Source: Patescibacteria group bacterium
GTDB lineage: Bacteria > Patescibacteriota > Patescibacteriia > JAHIZJ01
Assembly (NCBI GenBank): GCA_041650335.1
Contig: JBAZLK010000001.1
Coordinates: forward strand, 100,940 to 164,939
Direction: 5' to 3'
DNA length: 64,000 nt
The notes below the pieces were generated by a model. It made no database searches and was not told the DNA's origin. It saw nothing but the letters and a program-made list of their open reading frames with translations. The position numbers and the translations under genes are program-made. This document shows positions 60,362-64,000 of this stretch, one piece after another (position 1 is the first letter of the stretch; the number at the start of each line of letters is the position of its first letter).

Positions 60362-61414
60362 ATGAAAACCATTTTTAAGACCGTAGCTTTTGCGCTTGTT
60401 ATCATCGTAGGCGCGTTTTTTGTTTTCGCGTACGCCCGCCGGGCTGATATTGCCGAGGTCCAGGACAGCGATTTACGAAAAGATCAGCCAGTCGTGGCCG
60501 AGGCTGATAACGCCTATCCGCTCGTCGTAAAAATTCAGCCAGATATCACGATTTCGCAGGATGATTTTAACTGGATCGAGTCAGTGCTAACGGGCAATGA
60601 CTGGGACGAAAAACGGGCCAATGACATTCTCATGTCGCAGGCCGTTGCGCTGAATGCCTTTGCCGAAATATCGCAAAAGAGGGTTTACCAATACAGCCCC
60701 GCTGATCTGGAAAAGGGCGGCGGTCAGCTTGGTTACGCCCGCCGGTTGGCCGACCTGGCGCTGTTGCGCGGCTTACAACTCGAGAAAGGAGGCAGTTATG
60801 ACGAAGCCTTTAAACTCTCGGAAAAAGCCCTGTCTCTCAGCCAGGCCGTCGTCGGCTCAAGCAATTCCCTGATTCAGTACATGGTCGGAGCGGTCATGAA
60901 AAAAACCGCCTTATCCAGGCTGCAAGCGCTGATAAACACAAACCAGTTATCCTACGAATTTTTAAATCAAGAAGCGGCGACAATCAGCAACTTTCGAGAC
61001 GATCTCCCGGGTCTCCAGGTAGGGCTAAGGGGCGAATATTACCTCGGCGCAACCTGGGCCGAGAGCGACCCTAATTTTGCCAGAGACGCGGGAATATTTC
61101 CGAAAGTATTTTACACCCGAAGCTACTATTGGAAGCCAAAGATGACTTTGCAGCAAAAAGCGGAACAAATGAGGATCATTATCAAAAACGTCAGCACGGC
61201 TTGCGGCAACAACCATCGTGAGTTCGTGGCCCAGCTGCCCTTGTTCCCAGTCTCGAAATTGTCGTACCCGTTCACTGAAAATCTCATCGGCCGAAAACAT
61301 GTCGACTTAATGGTCGACTCGATCAACCAGACCGACTTGTATGACCGGCGCTGTGCTAATGAAGCGGCTTTTGATAATCTCCAGGCCATAATGATCCGAC
61401 GGGCCGGTTCCTAG
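60362..61414 (+). CDS. Hypothetical membrane-anchored (extracytoplasmic) protein
   Basis: N-terminal TM helix FALVIIVGAFFVFAYA; 350 aa. Confidence 0.45.
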   Translation: MKTIFKTVAFALVIIVGAFFVFAYARRADIAEVQDSDLRKDQPVVAEADNAYPLVVKIQPDITISQDDFNWIESVLTGNDWDEKRANDILMSQAVALNAFAEISQKRVYQYSPADLEKGGGQLGYARRLADLALLRGLQLEKGGSYDEAFKLSEKALSLSQAVVGSSNSLIQYMVGAVMKKTALSRLQALINTNQLSYEFLNQEAATISNFRDDLPGLQVGLRGEYYLGATWAESDPNFARDAGIFPKVFYTRSYYWKPKMTLQQKAEQMRIIIKNVSTACGNNHREFVAQLPLFPVSKLSYPFTENLIGRKHVDLMVDSINQTDLYDRRCANEAAFDNLQAIMIRRAGS

Positions 61415-61420
61415 GAAGTA

Positions 61421-61450
61421 TTGACAAAAACCCAATAATAGGCATACAAT
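61421..61450 (+). promoter_or_regulatory. Promoter GAAGTATTGACA-N18-TACAAT ending 6 nt before the ATG at 61457
   Basis: Shares the GAAGTATTGACA motif with the site at 61888. Leaderless candidate. Confidence 0.4.
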
Positions 61451-61456
61451 AGGCGC

Positions 61457-61819
61457 ATGAATGGCAATAACCAACAAACAACCGCGCTGGACTGGCACGA
61501 TCGCTGGAAAGCCTTTCCGCATCACAACCAAGTGCATTGGCTGGTGTTGGTTGTGATCGTTTGGGCCATGGGCCTGGTGTTCATGGGGCAGATGGTCAAT
61601 ATGAAAAACTCGAGCCAGCAACTCGCCCAAGCGGTGGTGTTGGGCGAACGGACGAAACGGACCGCACCGACCCCAGCAACGAATGCCATTCCGGAAGTAA
61701 AGGGCGAAACAACCGGGCCGACCGTAGATGATAATTCAGCCAATCACGTGTTGCCGTCTGAAGTTAATAAGCAAGATTTTCGGCCGGCGAGGATAATGAA
61801 TCAACACCTGAAGAAATAA
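61457..61819 (+). CDS. Hypothetical single-pass membrane protein
   Basis: ORF with TM helix WLVLVVIVWAMGLVFMG. Confidence 0.4.
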   Translation: MNGNNQQTTALDWHDRWKAFPHHNQVHWLVLVVIVWAMGLVFMGQMVNMKNSSQQLAQAVVLGERTKRTAPTPATNAIPEVKGETTGPTVDDNSANHVLPSEVNKQDFRPARIMNQHLKK

Positions 61820-61841
61820 ACGATTTCTTTCATTATGACGT

Positions 61842-61864
61842 AAACCGCCTGGAGCGGTTTTTTT
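61842..61864 (+). terminator. Terminator AAACCGC-ctgga-GCGGTTT followed by T-run
   Basis: Perfect 7-bp stem followed by T7. Confidence 0.6.
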
Positions 61865-61887
61865 AGTTAGGGCTCGGTCACGAAGTA

Positions 61888-61916
61888 TTGACATTTATAA
61901 GATTTCGTGATACATT
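61888..61916 (+). promoter_or_regulatory. Promoter GAAGTATTGACA-N17-TACATT followed by a roughly 135-nt leader
   Basis: Second copy of the GAAGTATTGACA -35 context. Confidence 0.45.
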
Positions 61917-62058
61917 GGCTAGCTTGTTTGGACTAGGAAAGGCCTGGTTGCGAACGAGCGCGTTCTCTATGAACGCTTCGGTAGTACATCTGCCCTTTGG
62001 GAGACTCTTGCCCGGCCTGATGAGCTGCCGCAAGTAGCGTACCGGGGTCGGAGGAACA

Positions 62059-62787
62059 ATGGTTGACACGGAGATTACGAAGGGCCAGCTAAAACAGCTC
62101 TTCGAGATTGAGGGCGCTTTGACCCGTTATGGCATGCGGGGCCTGGGACCACAGCTCCAAGCCTTGCTCAACGCTAACAAAGGTCGAACCAAAAGCCACC
62201 GGGTCGAACCCGCTTTCGCGCTGTGGAGAAACGGGCAGCTGCCGGAATTCAGCCGCCGAGAAGCATATTTCGAGGATTACCTGGGGACCATCCCGGCAGA
62301 CGAACTGGTGCCCGGTCGAGAGCTTGAACGCGCCTGCCCCCACAGGGTGCTGGTCGATCCGCGGTATACTCACGAACAGCTGGCCGGACAGATCATTAAA
62401 CTGGCTGCCGGCCGTCTGCATCCCTGCGGGAACCTGGTCGTGGGAGACAGCCCCTACTGGATCGCTTGCGGTTTCGTTAGCGAGGATCTGGCATCCAGCC
62501 TTCTAGCGCGTCACAACCGCGATGGTGATTCAAGCCAAGTCGTACGCATGATGACGGTGCTGGAGGTTTTGTCCTGGTATCTCCAGCGCCCGATGACCGC
62601 CGTCTTGTCTACGGAGGAGCAGAGAATCCGGCTGATGGGGTCGCTCGGCACATTGCCCGACGGCAGTGACTTCATACCGGAACTGGTTGTGAAGTATCCG
62701 ATGACCCGGCTGGTCTGCGAAGAAACCGACAAGCCCTCGGTCTACGGGATCTGCCTGGTCAAGCGCATAGCGGCCAAGGCCGCGTAG
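62059..62787 (+). CDS. Hypothetical protein, 242 aa
   Basis: ORF with a GGAGG Shine-Dalgarno motif 5 nt upstream; no family recognised. Confidence 0.5.
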   Translation: MVDTEITKGQLKQLFEIEGALTRYGMRGLGPQLQALLNANKGRTKSHRVEPAFALWRNGQLPEFSRREAYFEDYLGTIPADELVPGRELERACPHRVLVDPRYTHEQLAGQIIKLAAGRLHPCGNLVVGDSPYWIACGFVSEDLASSLLARHNRDGDSSQVVRMMTVLEVLSWYLQRPMTAVLSTEEQRIRLMGSLGTLPDGSDFIPELVVKYPMTRLVCEETDKPSVYGICLVKRIAAKAA

Positions 62788-62797
62788 TTTCGTTCCA

Positions 62798-62834
62798 GTG
62801 GGTGGACTTACGTAAAGTAAGCCCACCGTTTTTT
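62798..62834 (+). terminator. Terminator GTGGGTGGACTTAC-gtaaa-GTAAGCCCACC followed by T6
   Basis: 11-bp stem with one mismatch, then a T-run. Confidence 0.6.
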
Positions 62835-62937
62835 ATTATGTAATATCTAATAAACCATGAGCGTTTGCGCAGAACTATAATTTGTGCTATAATAATAAAG
62901 TCCGAAATATCCACCGTTATTATTTCAAACAAAAACA

Positions 62938-63501
62938 ATGATTTTCGCAGCCGCGGCCCAAGTTAATTCCTCATTTATCGCGAATATCGACTGGTCGAAA
63001 CCAAGCTGGGATTTATTCATCATACTGTTTTTTGTGGTCGCGGTGTTTCTCTACGGTTTATCGCTCGGCCGCGATCGCATCGTGGTTATCTTGGTCAGCA
63101 TTTACATGGCCTTGGCCGTAGTCACGACCGCGCCGTATATCGGCAATTTTTCGACCGAAGTCGGCGTCAATCAATTCTTCGTGGTCCGCATCTCGATGTT
63201 CCTGGGCGTCTTTATCCTGCTGTTCCTGCTCTTGTCCCGTTCGGCCCTGCTTCAAACCATCGCGGCGGCCGATAAAAAAGGCGGCTTTTTCCAGATTATG
63301 GTATTCAGCATCCTCCATGTCGGCTTGCTGATCAGCATCACTCTGTCGTTTCTTCCGCCGGACTCAATCAACGGCTTATCGCCATTGACGCGGACGATCT
63401 TTGCCAGCGAAGTCGGCCGGTTTATCTGGATCGTGGCGCCGATCGTGCTGATGATCCTGCTCAAGAGCGAGAAAGACAAGAAATTCAAGTACGACATCTA
63501 A
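62938..63501 (+). CDS. Hypothetical polytopic membrane protein, 187 aa
   Basis: Four to five TM helices; a TGcTATAAT promoter lies upstream at about 62885. Confidence 0.5.
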   Translation: MIFAAAAQVNSSFIANIDWSKPSWDLFIILFFVVAVFLYGLSLGRDRIVVILVSIYMALAVVTTAPYIGNFSTEVGVNQFFVVRISMFLGVFILLFLLLSRSALLQTIAAADKKGGFFQIMVFSILHVGLLISITLSFLPPDSINGLSPLTRTIFASEVGRFIWIVAPIVLMILLKSEKDKKFKYDI

Positions 63502-63577
63502 CAAGAAATTACGAATTCATAATTCAAAATTAATAATTTTGACGGCGACGCATGTCGCCCTTGATATACTAGACAAA

Positions 63578-63609
63578 TAAAAAATGGCCAAGAGGATGGC
63601 CGTTTTTTT
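63578..63609. terminator. Bidirectional terminator (A6, TGGCCA-agagga-TGGCCG, T7)
   Basis: Hairpin flanked by an A-run and a T-run; downstream of cysS on the minus strand. Confidence 0.55.
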
Positions 63610-63618
63610 ATCTGACGC

Positions 63619-64000
63619 TTATTTTCGCTTGAGGCTTGGTCCGGTTGGCGTATCCTTGGTTACAAAGCCAGCCCGCTCTATTTTTTTCCGCAGCACGTCG
63701 GCTGTTTTCCAGTCCTGTTTTGTCCGGGCGATTTCCCGTTGTTTCAGCAAGCCGGATATTTCCGGCGGAATAACGTCGACGGTTTTCTTCAGTTGATCCA
63801 GCCCGAGGCCGAGGATCGCGTCGAAGCGCAAAAGGCTGGCGTGCTTCGCGGCCTCGGGGCAATTTGATTTCAGCATATCCCAGGTTATTGCCAAGCCTTG
63901 CGGCGTGTTCAAATCGTCGTTGATCGCAGCCGCAAAGGCCTGTTCGAAATCAGGGCAATGTCCCTTGGCTGCTGGCATTTCCCGGACGCGATCGCGGAGC
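63619..64000 (-). CDS. cysS: Cysteinyl-tRNA synthetase, C-terminal part (gene continues past the window edge)
   Basis: DDLNTPQGLA...KDTPTGP C-terminal anticodon-binding region. The ORF is open to the window end; the Met at 63978 is internal. Confidence 0.6.
   Translation of the reverse strand, partial: LRDRVREMPAAKGHCPDFEQAFAAAINDDLNTPQGLAITWDMLKSNCPEAAKHASLLRFDAILGLGLDQLKKTVDVIPPEISGLLKQREIARTKQDWKTADVLRKKIERAGFVTKDTPTGPSLKRK

Noticed and set aside
62000-62030. CUGAUGAG motif (hammerhead-ribozyme core) in the 5' UTR of the 62059 gene
   Set aside because: No adjacent GAAA/CGAAAC core element and no three-stem arrangement could be built; it is a coincidental octamer.

Overview
This 64 kb window is a gene-dense (about 90% coding) chromosomal segment of a bacterium with roughly 55% GC; the standard genetic code fits. 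It is dominated by housekeeping genes, mostly on the + strand: ligA; gatC-gatA; the str operon (rpsL-rpsG-fusA-tuf); the S10-spc-alpha ribosomal block through secY-adk-map; recR-ybaB-dnaB on the - strand; a Ca/Mg-type P-type ATPase; asnS-aspS; scpAB; dacA-like; tpiA-fba-gap; and hrcA-grpE-hsp20-dnaK...dnaJ preceded by a perfect CIRCE operator. Several features fit a reduced Patescibacteria/CPR-like genome, though this is an inference from the sequence rather than a taxonomic call. There is no L30 gene between rpsE and rplO. The ribosomal operon stops at map, with no infA-rpmJ-rpsM-rpsK-rpsD-rpoA-rplQ. L23, L22, S19 and L24 carry extensions. AspRS lacks the GAD domain. Type IV pilin or pseudopilin genes are numerous: a pilD plus four minor-pilin operon, and two tandem major-pilin-like paralogs sitting inside the glycolytic tpiA-fba-gap block. 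Lineage-specific membrane-anchored ORFs are inserted into the otherwise universal str operon, and a second, divergent adenylate-kinase-like gene is present. I found three tRNA genes (Pro-GGG, Lys-TTT, Glu-CTC). Two of them have adjacent partial duplicates that look like recombination scars. I found no CRISPR array, transposase, integrase or rRNA. The most unusual locus is the dnaK-dnaJ interval. It holds a 260-nt non-coding region with multiple, partly mutually exclusive hairpins, a DUF3467-like small protein and a 382-aa polytopic membrane protein. Other notable items are a secreted 7-repeat propeller protein with a Por/FlgD-Ig-type C-terminal tail, a GT-C plus GT4 glycosyltransferase pair, a perfect 12-bp palindrome over the asnS promoter, a structured spacer between rpsJ and rplC, and promoters whose -10 box ends a few nt before the ATG (leaderless candidates). 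Coordinates of non-coding features come from manual reading and may be off by 1-2 nt.
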